Below are positions 18,964-28,629 of a DNA stretch of 51,063 nt, in pieces; within the stretch, counting starts at the first letter, position 1; each line of letters starts with the position of its first letter. A program made the translations under genes and the position numbers. Origin of the DNA: Victivallales bacterium (GTDB lineage Bacteria > Verrucomicrobiota > Lentisphaeria > Oligosphaerales > Oligosphaeraceae); the NCBI GenBank assembly GCA_017431255.1, contig JAFRLI010000271.1, positions 1 to 51,063 of the forward strand, written 5' to 3'. The notes beneath the pieces were generated by a model, which did not search any database, was not told the DNA's origin, and saw nothing but the letters and a program-made list of their open reading frames with translations.

Positions 18964-19869
18964 ATTTCGTTTGGGGAAAGGGAGTTGCGCCAAAATGACG
19001 CCTAGAAAAAGCACAATGCAGCCAAGGGTTTCGCGCGTGGTCATTCGGTCGTGGAAAAAGAGTGCCCCGCCGATGGTCGCAAAGACGGATTCGAGGCTCA
19101 TCAGGAGGGAGGCAATGACGGGGTGCACGTCGCGCTGTCCAACGATTTGACAAGTGTAACCGACTCCACTGGAAAGGATTCCACAATACAGAATGGGAAG
19201 CAGAGCGGACTGTACAATGGTCCATGTGAAGGGTTCCTTCACAAGCCAGGTGACGATTCCGCAGATACATCCCGCGATGAAGAATTGAAAACTAGCCATG
19301 CGAACGCAGTCGGTACGCGGTGCGAAATGATCGATCGTGAGGATATGGCAAGTAAATCCAATGGCGCACAGTGCCGCCAAGACATCCCCTTTGTTGACGG
19401 TGTCAAATCCTCCTTTGAAACAAAGGAGCCAGGCACCCAATAACGCAAGCGGAACCGCCAGAAGCATCAGCCAGTTGGAACGGCGTCCCAGAAACATTCC
19501 CGCTATCGGAACCAGCACGATGTACAGTGCCGTCAAAAAACCAGCCTTGCCCACCGTTGTATACATTAGACCAATTTGCTGCAAAGCGCTGCTCATCGCC
19601 AGAAAAAAGCCGCAGCACATTCCTCCCATCAGCAGATTGTACCGCCCTGCCCGGTCCAGATTCCCCCAAAGACTCAGTGGCTTTCCCTTGAAAAGATCCA
19701 ATACCGCAATGACAGGGATCAAGACAACACTCCCCAGCAGGAAACGACTCATGTTGAAGGCCCACGCCCCCATGTCATCCAGTCCTTTCTGCTGCGCCAC
19801 AAACGCAAAGCCCCAGACCACTGCGGTCAGGAGCAATAGAAACGAACCTCTGATTTGCCTGGAGTTCAT
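18958..19869 (-). CDS. DMT superfamily (EamA-like) transporter
   Basis: 303 aa and about 10 hydrophobic helices. The N-terminus 'LLLLTAVVWGFAFVAQQ' is typical of EamA-type permeases. Confidence 0.8.
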   Translation of the reverse strand: MNSRQIRGSFLLLLTAVVWGFAFVAQQKGLDDMGAWAFNMSRFLLGSVVLIPVIAVLDLFKGKPLSLWGNLDRAGRYNLLMGGMCCGFFLAMSSALQQIGLMYTTVGKAGFLTALYIVLVPIAGMFLGRRSNWLMLLAVPLALLGAWLLCFKGGFDTVNKGDVLAALCAIGFTCHILTIDHFAPRTDCVRMASFQFFIAGCICGIVTWLVKEPFTWTIVQSALLPILYCGILSSGVGYTCQIVGQRDVHPVIASLLMSLESVFATIGGALFFHDRMTTRETLGCIVLFLGVILAQLPFPKRNG

Positions 19870-19891
19870 AATGTTAGCCTGGAGAAGTTAC

Positions 19892-20758
19892 CTAGGCATT
19901 TGCCTCGTCAGGGTCACGTCCCAGAATACGGCGTTCTGCAGGCAAGAAGAATGCAAGGTCGTCCCAGAAGGGTTCGGGGATTTCCGGGGTGATGGCAAAT
20001 CGTGGGGAGCACATGCACTCGGCGCAGGCAGTCAGGAACTCCGATGGAGCACAGGTGGGACGGAATAGAGCCGCTCCTGGCACGGGAAGTTCCTCGGGCA
20101 CCTCGCTTAAATCGCCGCTGGCCGTAAGCAAGATGGTTTTCCCTTCTCCTGGAATGAGTGCACTCAAGGAGATGTGCTCAGGGAACGAAGAACTGTCTTT
20201 GCCATTCAGTTTCAGCAGAAAACGTCCAGACTGCCAATCGACGGAATGGAGTTCCGCGTCCAAAACAGGCTTTGCAAAAGAACGCAATGCCCCATTCCAA
20301 GGCGTGTCCAGCGTGACTGCTCCCTGCTCCTGCAACGCACGCCACTCCTGCGATACGCGTGCCGCCGCGGCGGCCTCCACTGCGGCACGCCCCAGTGCCG
20401 CTTTCTCCCAATGTCCAGAAAACATTCTGGGACGACACCCCAGACGCCGCAATGTGGCCGCCGCTTGCAACCCTGCAGAAAGCCCGAGATTTCGTCCCAA
20501 TCGGGAACCGTCGGGAATCATCAGAAAATCAGGCGTAGTCAGCAAAAGCAATACGGGAGAGCCGCCACTCGCTGCACGCTGAAGCGTCTCCTGCGGAATC
20601 TCCCCGCCTGTGGGCAGCAACACCAGAGCGTCAACGCGCTCCCCGTCGGAAACAACCTGGGCTCCTGCCTGTTCCAATGCCTCACGGATATTGGCGACAT
20701 ACACACTGTCGGAATGTTCCTTCTGCTCTCCAATAGGCTGAAATGATATGGCAATCAT
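19892..20758 (-). CDS. Hypothetical protein (no recognisable family)
   Basis: 288-aa ORF co-directional with its neighbours and of similar composition. No Shine-Dalgarno sequence is present. A C11 tract lies 8 nt upstream of the ATG. Confidence 0.6.
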   Translation of the reverse strand: MIAISFQPIGEQKEHSDSVYVANIREALEQAGAQVVSDGERVDALVLLPTGGEIPQETLQRAASGGSPVLLLLTTPDFLMIPDGSRLGRNLGLSAGLQAAATLRRLGCRPRMFSGHWEKAALGRAAVEAAAAARVSQEWRALQEQGAVTLDTPWNGALRSFAKPVLDAELHSVDWQSGRFLLKLNGKDSSSFPEHISLSALIPGEGKTILLTASGDLSEVPEELPVPGAALFRPTCAPSEFLTACAECMCSPRFAITPEIPEPFWDDLAFFLPAERRILGRDPDEANA

Positions 20759-20766
20759 AGTGGTTC

Positions 20767-20782
20767 GGGGGGGGGGGTGGGG
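20767..20782. repeat. Homopolymer tract G11-T-G4 (C-rich on the coding strand)
   Basis: GGGGGGGGGGGTGGGG, flanked by direct GGTTCG copies (20762-20767 and 20781-20786). It lies in the 43-nt spacer between two minus-strand genes. Confidence 0.95.
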
Positions 20783-20801
20783 TTCGTATTTTGAAGACTC
20801 T

Positions 20802-22184
20802 CTAGTTTCCGTTTGTCAATTGTGCGTTTGCGATAACGGTTCCGCTCATGAGGGAACCAATGACACCGAGGAGGCCCTGGTCGGTTCCCGTCACGAAAAG
20901 GTTCTCGATTCCAACGCGTCCATCTGCGAACTTCTGAGGGCTTCCGTAGATGGCTCCGTTATGGTGTCCTGTGAAGCGTTGAATGGTACGTGGCGTGAAC
21001 ATTTCCGCCTCTCCGCACAATGCCGAAAAGCCTGGATACAACGCTTCCATTCGGGAAGCCAGTTCGGCGGAACAGGCACGCTTGACTTCACGGTATGCGG
21101 GTTCCGCGAGAGAGTTCCACCAGGCGGAATTGGTGATGCAACTTACGCGAACCGTATGCGCTCCGTCTGAATTCTCGCACCCCAGATAGTTGCCGGGGGC
21201 GCAAATCAGCAGGCTATACGGCTCCAAGCCGTGCGTTGGCGGTTCAAACGGGAAGCAAACTTGATCCGAATGGAAGACAATGCATGCGTCCAAACCCCAT
21301 TCGCGCGGCGGACGCGACACGGGGAAAATGGTCTCGACAAAGCCCATCGCGCCCTCCGCAACCTCGATTGGCCGTGTCTCGTCGCAGAGTGCCAGCGTCT
21401 CCGCCGCGCCGGCACAGGAAAGAATCTTCTGCGCGGAATGAACCTCGCCGCGGTCGTCCACCACAGCCGTTGCCCTTCCCTGTTCCACGCAAATGCGACG
21501 AACGCCGTTGCCGAGCGTCAATTCCCCGCCTTCTTCCTCGAAACGACGCAAAAACACCTCCAGGAACGCACGCATACTGGTACGGGGACGCGCGAAGCCC
21601 TCCGCCAGCACGCTTTGGAACATCGTGCAGAACAGGTGCCAGTCCATATCATGCGGACTTGGATTCCCATAGAACATCACGGGGCAAAGAAGCATCTCCC
21701 GCAGCAAGGGCGTAGACAACTCCTTCTCCAAAATGGACCGCGTGGATTCTCCATTCACCGTATCCGGAGAATATGCCGTGGAAGAGATGCGCTCGGCCAG
21801 GCGGTCGAAATGTTCTGCGTCCTGAGGGAAAAGCACATGGATTTGCTCACGAAAATGCTCGAAGTCATTATCAAGTCGCAAAGTTGCGCCAGGAAATTGA
21901 ATGAGGGAATGCCCTTGCGGTGCCAAATCGAGGTCCGCACGTTTTACGCGCAACTGCCGCAAAATCTTGTTAAATGGAGCAGTCCGTGCCGTCTCTGGGA
22001 CAAAGTTCGTAATCGCATGCAGACCGACCTCCACTTCGCGTCCATTGCGACGATACCACCCGTTCAAGCCGCCTGGCAATGCGTGTCGTTCGAAAATCCG
22101 AACTTTGTGCCCATAATGTGCCAGACGGATACCCGCCGCAATCCCCGAGATTCCAGCACCGATGATGATAACATCATACTCCAT
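20802..22184 (-). CDS. NAD(P)/FAD-dependent oxidoreductase, phytoene-desaturase (CrtI)-like family
   Basis: 460 aa with the dinucleotide-binding motif 'YDVIIIGAGISGIAAGIRLA...GHKVRIFERHALPGG'. Confidence 0.8.
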   Translation of the reverse strand: MEYDVIIIGAGISGIAAGIRLAHYGHKVRIFERHALPGGLNGWYRRNGREVEVGLHAITNFVPETARTAPFNKILRQLRVKRADLDLAPQGHSLIQFPGATLRLDNDFEHFREQIHVLFPQDAEHFDRLAERISSTAYSPDTVNGESTRSILEKELSTPLLREMLLCPVMFYGNPSPHDMDWHLFCTMFQSVLAEGFARPRTSMRAFLEVFLRRFEEEGGELTLGNGVRRICVEQGRATAVVDDRGEVHSAQKILSCAGAAETLALCDETRPIEVAEGAMGFVETIFPVSRPPREWGLDACIVFHSDQVCFPFEPPTHGLEPYSLLICAPGNYLGCENSDGAHTVRVSCITNSAWWNSLAEPAYREVKRACSAELASRMEALYPGFSALCGEAEMFTPRTIQRFTGHHNGAIYGSPQKFADGRVGIENLFVTGTDQGLLGVIGSLMSGTVIANAQLTNGN

Positions 22185-22202
22185 CGTCCCTCCTCGCTCC
22201 CG

Positions 22203-24227
22203 TCACTCCCCTTCCGACGGAGCGGCTTCCCCCTCTTGAGCACCTCCATCCTCATGGGTGCCAGCGGTCTCATCGGTCGGCAACGGTGGCGGTTCCGGAT
22301 GGGATTCCGCGGCCTCCTCGTCAGAAGCGTCCTTGGGCATCGGCATTTCCAGCAAGGCGTAGACTTGCTCCGCTGTCATCGTCTCCTGCACAATCAGCGC
22401 TTCGGCCAGTTTCTCCAACTGATCGCGGTGAGTGGTTAGAATCTCCTTGGCTTTTTCTTCCGCAGCGTCTACGAGATGGCGGATTTCGAGGTCGATTTCG
22501 CGTTGCGTGTCTGGACTCATGTCATCGGAGCGCGTGATATCGCGTCCAAGGTAGATGTGTTCCTGGCGACCAGAGTAACTGACGGGGCCGAGTTTGGGGT
22601 TCATCCCCCATTCGCAAACCATTCGCCTTGCCAGTTCGGTGGCCTGCTTGATGTCCTGGGCTGCCCCCGAAGTGACCTCCTGGAAGACAAGTTGCTCTGC
22701 GCAACGCCCACCCATGCACATCACCATATAATCGAGAGCCTCGTTTTCCGTGATGTCGTAGCGGTCGTTTTTGGGCAGATACATCGTAGCGCCCATTGCC
22801 ATGCCACGCGGAATGATGGTGACCTTGTGGAGCGGTTCCGCATGCTTCATGTAGAGATTGACCAACGTATGGCCGCCCTCGTGATAAGCCGTCAGCCGGC
22901 GTGTGCGCTCGGTCAATTTGCGGCTTCGGCGTTCCTTGCCCCAGCGCACCTTGTCCCGCGATTCCTCCAGTTCGGCGAGTCCCACCATCTCCTTGTTGGT
23001 ACGCGTCGCAAGAATGGCCGCCTCGGTCAGCAGGTTTGCCAACTCGGCGCCGCTGCAGCCAGGCGTTCCCCGGGCAATGATGTGCAAATCCACGGTCGGG
23101 TCCAATTTGATTTTCTTCGCGTGAATCTGCAAAATCTCGAAGCGCCCCTCCATGTCAGGAAGGTCAATGACGATTTCGCGGTCAAATCGGCCCGGACGCT
23201 TGAGAGCGGGGTCAAGCACGTCAGGACGGTTGGTAGCCGCAATGACAATCACTCCCGTGTTGCCCTCGAAGCCATCCATTTCCACAAGAAGCGCGTTCAG
23301 TGTCTGTTCCCGCTCGTCGTTCCCACCGCCAATGCCCGCAAATCGCGAACGCCCCACCGCATCGATTTCATCAATGAAAATCAGGCAGGGAGAGTGCTTC
23401 TTGGCCTCGGCAAACATATCGCGGACACGGCTGGCGCCGACTCCGACGAAGAGTTCCACGAAATCGGAACCGCTGATGGTGAAGAAAGGCACGCCAGCCT
23501 CCCCCGCAATCGCCTTTGCCAGCAAGGTTTTTCCGGTTCCAGGAGGTCCTACCATAAGTACCCCGTGTGGAATGCGACCGCCCAGGCGCGAAAACTTGTC
23601 AGGCGCCTTCAGGTAGTCCACAATCTCCTGCATCTCCTCCAACGCCTCCTTGATGCCGGCGACATCCTTGAAGGTAATCTTCTCCTCCGTCGGCTGCATC
23701 ATGCGCGCGCGACTTCGTCCAAACTGCATCGCCCCCTGTCCGGATGTTCGCAACTGACGGAAGAAAAACCAGTAGAACAGCACCAGCAGCACCAAGAACA
23801 GCAACGGCGACGCCAGCAATGTCAAAAACCAATTCGTGGAGGATTTGACATTGCGATCGGGACAGTTCTCCCGAATCACCTGGTCCATCGCGTCCGTGTA
23901 CAACACCTTCACCCGGAACGGACGCAACGCCTTCGCGTCACCGACCGTTGCCCCATCTGGCCAGAACTCACCGGTCAAATCCTGTGCAATAGAGGAACGT
24001 TCCTCTATGACCACCTTCGCAATCCGCTTCGCCAGCAAGAGGGATTCGAACTGCGAACTGGTCAACTCCACCTCGCGCGCACCACTCTTGCGGTTGGTGT
24101 ACAGCAACAACAAGGGTACAACGCAAAATACGCACGCCCACACCAGCAGTTGCCACGTGAAAAATGGCGTGTTTTTCGGAGGACGACCACGAGGTTCGCC
24201 CCCTCCCTGATTCCGTTCTTCAGACAT
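22203..24227 (-). CDS. ftsH: ATP-dependent zinc metalloprotease FtsH
   Basis: 674 aa with two N-terminal TM helices, Walker A 'GPPGTGKT', 'IIFIDEIDA'-type Walker B ('[11 protein letters not shown]') and the zinc motif 'HEGGH'. Confidence 0.95.
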   Translation of the reverse strand: MSEERNQGGGEPRGRPPKNTPFFTWQLLVWACVFCVVPLLLLYTNRKSGAREVELTSSQFESLLLAKRIAKVVIEERSSIAQDLTGEFWPDGATVGDAKALRPFRVKVLYTDAMDQVIRENCPDRNVKSSTNWFLTLLASPLLFLVLLVLFYWFFFRQLRTSGQGAMQFGRSRARMMQPTEEKITFKDVAGIKEALEEMQEIVDYLKAPDKFSRLGGRIPHGVLMVGPPGTGKTLLAKAIAGEAGVPFFTISGSDFVELFVGVGASRVRDMFAEAKKHSPCLIFIDEIDAVGRSRFAGIGGGNDEREQTLNALLVEMDGFEGNTGVIVIAATNRPDVLDPALKRPGRFDREIVIDLPDMEGRFEILQIHAKKIKLDPTVDLHIIARGTPGCSGAELANLLTEAAILATRTNKEMVGLAELEESRDKVRWGKERRSRKLTERTRRLTAYHEGGHTLVNLYMKHAEPLHKVTIIPRGMAMGATMYLPKNDRYDITENEALDYMVMCMGGRCAEQLVFQEVTSGAAQDIKQATELARRMVCEWGMNPKLGPVSYSGRQEHIYLGRDITRSDDMSPDTQREIDLEIRHLVDAAEEKAKEILTTHRDQLEKLAEALIVQETMTAEQVYALLEMPMPKDASDEEAAESHPEPPPLPTDETAGTHEDGGAQEGEAAPSEGE

Positions 24228-24278
24228 AAGGATATTGTTCTCGCTCTATTTCCGTAGATTTCCCGACGGCGTAGCCCG

Positions 24279-24827
24279 TTATGGTTGGACGCCCGCGTCG
24301 CCCGTCAGACTCAGAATCAACCAGACCAATGCCGCCAACACCGCCAGTCCAAACACACCGATGAGTCCATAGAACATCATGTTGTGCTTCTTGTTCTCAC
24401 GAAGTTTGCGGGTTGTCTTGACGCCCTGCGTTCCCAGATTCTTCATACGGGCGGAATCAATCGTCCCCGTACCCGTGTCATCCAGGTTAATGACGGTCAT
24501 GGTGTGCATTTCCGTGCGGTGCTCGTCCCCCATGTCAATGAGGATTTCGACACCGCCGACCTGCAGGATGTCACCGCTCTTCAACGTGACGATTTCGTCC
24601 GTGATCCGTTCGCCATTGACGCGGGTACCGTTGGTGGAGCCTTCATCCCGCACGGCATAGGTTTCGTCCTCATTGCGGAGAAGGGTGCAATGATGTCCAC
24701 TGATCGTAGGATCGGGGATGCAGATGTTGGCAGAATCGGCGCGTCCGATGGTGTACTGCTCGTTTGTCAGTTCAAACGAAGTACCGCGCATTTTTTCCGA
24801 AAGGATGGTAATTTTTACATTTGCCAT
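24279..24827 (-). CDS. FHA domain protein with a C-terminal transmembrane anchor
   Basis: 182 aa. 'YTIGRADSANICIPDPTISGHHCTL...GSTNGTRVNGERI' is an FHA signature. A C-terminal helix 'MMFYGLIGVFGLAVLAALVWLILSL' follows. Confidence 0.85.
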   Translation of the reverse strand: MANVKITILSEKMRGTSFELTNEQYTIGRADSANICIPDPTISGHHCTLLRNEDETYAVRDEGSTNGTRVNGERITDEIVTLKSGDILQVGGVEILIDMGDEHRTEMHTMTVINLDDTGTGTIDSARMKNLGTQGVKTTRKLRENKKHNMMFYGLIGVFGLAVLAALVWLILSLTGDAGVQP

Positions 24828-24881
24828 TTCGTGTACACTCCAACTTGTGATTGAGATGTGGGAACCAAAAGAGTGATCACC

Positions 24882-27299
24882 TCAGTGGGTGAAAAGTTTG
24901 AGAAGTTCAGGATGTTCCGAGTACCAAACGGGGTACTTGGAGGCGAGTTCCTTGCATACCGCCTCCGCGCGGGCACGTTGTCCTTCGGCCAGGAAACACC
25001 TAGCGGAAACGACCATTGCGGCTGGGGTATACAATTCGTCATCCAATAAAATATAGCATTGAGTTGCAAATCTGTTGGCGGCTTCCGGTTTTTTTTCATG
25101 ATTTAGGTAAAGAAAACTTAAAAGATAGAGGGTTCTAGCCTCGGCGCGGCTAGAACCAGGTGCTGCCGACTGGGCCTTTCCCGCCGTCACCAAAGCCTTT
25201 TCCGGGTCTCCTCGCACCAGTTGAGACTCCGCCAACAACGAAAAGGCGTCCTTTTTGGAAAGCCCCTCCGTCTCGCTATCTTTCGGCCACTCTCCCAAAA
25301 GCGGCTCCAAGATGGTCTCCACTTCTGCCGCGCGTGCGGGGGTACGCAGCATGAACTCCGCCAGATTGATGCGGGCGATGGCAGCCTCGCGCCAACTGGC
25401 GTCCTTCCGCTGCAGGAGCCATTGCCAGGCCTTCTCTGCGTCGGCGGGACGTCGATTCTCCTCCAGAAGCAGAGCGATGTTCTGGAGGAGTTCCGTGTCG
25501 ACGACGGGGTCGAGCAGTGCATGGTCTCCATTGAGAAAACCATCCAGGACGGGAAGGGCTTCGGAGAGTTTTTTTGCCTGAAGGAGCAGACGTAGAAGCA
25601 TTGCCTGTGCGCGGGCACGATCCTTTGCGAGGAGAGTGGGATTGTTGAGCAATGCCTGAAGGTTTTTCTGCGCATCGTCAAATCGTTCCAGATAATACTG
25701 GAGTTGGACGATGTAGAAATCAATGTCGACGCGTTGTTGTCCTTCGAGGTCCTGCCTGAGGGCTGTGAGGATTTCGATGGCATGGGAATAGTCTTTGTTG
25801 CGGATGGAAATGTCGGCGAGGGCCTGACGTGCGGAACGTGTTTGTTCTGGTTTCGTCGCCTTTGCGATGGCGGCCTCGAAATCTCTTCGGGCGTTTGCAT
25901 CGTCGTTGGCGCGAAGGGATGTCGCGCCGGCACGGAGCAAAAGGGTTGCGGGATCTTTTGCGCCAGGTGCGGCGGCCATCCAGCGAAGATGTTCCGCAGC
26001 CTCGCGCCAGCGCTCCTGCTCGGTCAATACGCGGAGGAGCAACTCCGAAGAGACGGTTCGTTCCTCAGGGGTCTCCGCAAAAAACTCAATTGCCTGATGC
26101 AAGACCTTCTCGGCGTCGGCGTGCCGTTTCAGGTTCAGCAGGACCTCGCCACGAAGTCGCAAGACATAACCGCGCACCGTCGCACGCGGATACTTTGCCA
26201 GAAACTCCTCTGTTTTCTGCTCGGCCACGGTCATGTGCCCCGCCATCATCAGGCAAAACAGCGAATAGTACGCAGCGTCCTGACGAATGCGCGCGGGAGC
26301 CTTCGGATTCTCCTCGACACGCTGGAAGAACGGCAACGCTTCCTCGTATCGCTTGAGTTCCTGGAGGGCATAGGCCTGGTAGTAATCCATTTCATGGTCG
26401 TCCGTATCGGGGTATCGCTGCCGCCAGTCGTCCGCAAGCGCGAGACATTCCCGAATCTTGCCAGCCTCCATCGTAAGAATGAAACGGTACTTTCGTGCCA
26501 GTCGCGCGTACTTACCGTCGGCATTGCGTGCAATCGTCTTTTCAAATGCGGCAAGAGCGGCCTTCGCGTGCCCGGCGCTCATTTCCAGGAAGCCGACATG
26601 GAACAACGCCCCCTCCGCAAGTTCCGCAGGCGTGTCCGCGAAAGTCGCCAAACGCTTGTAAAGGGCGAGCGCCTCCTGGTTCTTGCCGACCTTCATCCAC
26701 TCCGCCGCCGTCGCCTGCGCGGCGTATGCGCGGTACGGAAAGGCTGCCTCGAAGGGTTTGGACGCAAGTTGCTGCAGAAGAGGGAAAGCGTCGTTTGCAC
26801 GTCCACTCTGCTGATAGCAGTGCGCCAGATAGTACATCGCATACTCCTGGTCCTTTGGATTCGCGCTTTGGGAAAGTTCCAGCAGAAGCGGAGTGGCCTC
26901 TTCAAAATTCTTCTCTTGCACCAGCGCGTCGGCCGCAGTCATACGCAGACGCTGCGCTTCCTTGTGTTCCGGATGAACCTTCAGGAACTCGCGGACCGCG
27001 GCCAGCATTTCAGGGGTGCGCCCCAATTTTTGCAGGCAGTCAATTCGGAACAACTGGGCGTCCATCGCGCCAGCATCGTCCGGATACGCCCTCAGATAAC
27101 GCTCCAATTCCACCAGAGCCATGTCATGGAAGCCGCGACGGTACAATCCGTAGGCGTAGTTGAACTGCTGCTGCGGGTCCTGCGCCAGTTCCTCCTTCGC
27201 AATCTGCGCTCGCACGGAAACAAAGCAAAAAACGACCAGCAACGCCGCCAACAGCCACGTCCAGGAACTGCCGAATTGTTGCCTGTCCCGCTCCATCAT
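24882..27299 (-). CDS. Secreted or periplasmic TPR-repeat protein
   Basis: 805 aa with a signal-like N-terminus and many Ala/Leu/Tyr-rich 34-aa-type repeats. Its start overlaps the ExbD stop (ATGA at 27296-27299). Confidence 0.8.
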   Translation of the reverse strand: MMERDRQQFGSSWTWLLAALLVVFCFVSVRAQIAKEELAQDPQQQFNYAYGLYRRGFHDMALVELERYLRAYPDDAGAMDAQLFRIDCLQKLGRTPEMLAAVREFLKVHPEHKEAQRLRMTAADALVQEKNFEEATPLLLELSQSANPKDQEYAMYYLAHCYQQSGRANDAFPLLQQLASKPFEAAFPYRAYAAQATAAEWMKVGKNQEALALYKRLATFADTPAELAEGALFHVGFLEMSAGHAKAALAAFEKTIARNADGKYARLARKYRFILTMEAGKIRECLALADDWRQRYPDTDDHEMDYYQAYALQELKRYEEALPFFQRVEENPKAPARIRQDAAYYSLFCLMMAGHMTVAEQKTEEFLAKYPRATVRGYVLRLRGEVLLNLKRHADAEKVLHQAIEFFAETPEERTVSSELLLRVLTEQERWREAAEHLRWMAAAPGAKDPATLLLRAGATSLRANDDANARRDFEAAIAKATKPEQTRSARQALADISIRNKDYSHAIEILTALRQDLEGQQRVDIDFYIVQLQYYLERFDDAQKNLQALLNNPTLLAKDRARAQAMLLRLLLQAKKLSEALPVLDGFLNGDHALLDPVVDTELLQNIALLLEENRRPADAEKAWQWLLQRKDASWREAAIARINLAEFMLRTPARAAEVETILEPLLGEWPKDSETEGLSKKDAFSLLAESQLVRGDPEKALVTAGKAQSAAPGSSRAEARTLYLLSFLYLNHEKKPEAANRFATQCYILLDDELYTPAAMVVSARCFLAEGQRARAEAVCKELASKYPVWYSEHPELLKLFTH

Positions 27300-27718
27300 T
27301 GCGCATTTTCAGGTGTGATGGTGGAAAACGCCACGTTGCGAATGTCCAGTTGCGTGCATAAATCCAGCACTTTGACGACATCCTTGTGGCGCGTGTCCTG
27401 GTCCGCACGAATGATGAGCGGTTGTTCTGCGCTCTCCGCGTGCACAATCTTCAAAATCTCGCGCAGGCGTTCCATGGACATCTCAATGCTGTTGATGAAG
27501 ATGGCGCCTTTTTTGTCAATATTGACAATGATTTCGAGGCGTTGCCGACCATAGGAGACCTCGCTGTCTGCGGTGGGGACGGTAATATCGAGTTTGTTTT
27601 CCCACTTGGCGAAGAGGGTGGCAGCCATGAAATGAATGAGAGTGATGAATACGATATCCAGCATGGGGGACATCTGGAATCCAGGAGAATCCGTATTCAT
27701 TTTCTTGTGGAAGTTCAT
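27296..27718 (-). CDS. Biopolymer transport protein, ExbD/TolR family
   Basis: 140 aa with a single TM helix 'MSPMLDIVFITLIHFMAATLF' and a C-terminal periplasmic domain. It lies immediately downstream of a MotA/TolQ/ExbB gene. Confidence 0.85.
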   Translation of the reverse strand: MNFHKKMNTDSPGFQMSPMLDIVFITLIHFMAATLFAKWENKLDITVPTADSEVSYGRQRLEIIVNIDKKGAIFINSIEMSMERLREILKIVHAESAEQPLIIRADQDTRHKDVVKVLDLCTQLDIRNVAFSTITPENAQ

Positions 27719-27730
27719 CGCCGTCCTCCT

Positions 27731-28579
27731 CTACTTGCGACCGCCCTTCTCCACGAACGTCAATTTGCGCAAAACCGTTCCGCACGCGCTCTCCATCGCG
27801 GAGACAAGGCGGTTGAGGTGTCCGCGGAAGACGTCATAAAGCGCCATGGCGAAGATGCCGACGATGAGTCCGCCGAAGGTGGTGTACATTGCCTGCGAAA
27901 TACCGTTTGCCATGGTTTCCGCCTTTTTCGCGAAATCGGCACCGCTTTCAATGCCGCCAAACGAAATCATCATGCCCCACACGGTACCCAGCAATCCCAC
28001 CATCGGGGCGATTACCGCGACATCCATCAGGTACTGCAACCGCTGCCACAGGAAACCCGCCTGGCGCGCACCCTCGTCCTCCATCGCGTCCCGCAGTCGC
28101 TCATAATCCAAAGGCCGCCCGTCCACCGCCTGCTCCAACGACGCCTCCACAATCCGCGCCGCCGGACAGGCATTCGCCTTGCACAGCCCACGCAACCCTT
28201 CCAAATCCCCGCTCGCCGCCAAATCCTGCGCCTCCATCAAAAAGCCTTTCGGGAAAACTACCGACTCGCGCATTGTCAATAGGTAGAAGATAATCAGCGC
28301 CAACGCCACAAAAGACAACGCGGCAATGACATACATCACCCAACCGCCATCCCGGAATATCTTCCGCAACGATAGACGCCCTTCCAACTCCGACTGCGTC
28401 ACCGCCGCCTTCTCAGGAGTCTTGGAGTCACTCTTGCTCTTGCCTGGAACAATGGAGAGAGTCGTCGACGCACTCCCGCCTTCATTCGTCGTTTCCGCCT
28501 GCTGCGCATACACTGCTCCCGCAAAGCAAAGCACGATGGCCAGCAGAAGCGCACTCGTCATCCGTTTCCAGGCAGTCAT
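27731..28579 (-). CDS. MotA/TolQ/ExbB proton-channel family protein
   Basis: 282 aa. Contains 'IAPMVGLLGTVWGMM' and 'ANGISQAMYTTFGGLIVGI', the conserved TM2/TM3 signatures. Confidence 0.85.
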   Translation of the reverse strand: MTAWKRMTSALLLAIVLCFAGAVYAQQAETTNEGGSASTTLSIVPGKSKSDSKTPEKAAVTQSELEGRLSLRKIFRDGGWVMYVIAALSFVALALIIFYLLTMRESVVFPKGFLMEAQDLAASGDLEGLRGLCKANACPAARIVEASLEQAVDGRPLDYERLRDAMEDEGARQAGFLWQRLQYLMDVAVIAPMVGLLGTVWGMMISFGGIESGADFAKKAETMANGISQAMYTTFGGLIVGIFAMALYDVFRGHLNRLVSAMESACGTVLRKLTFVEKGGRK

Positions 28580-28629
28580 GATATCACTCCTATTTCTCTT
28601 ATTTCCATTCCTAGTGGCGCGTTCGCGAC

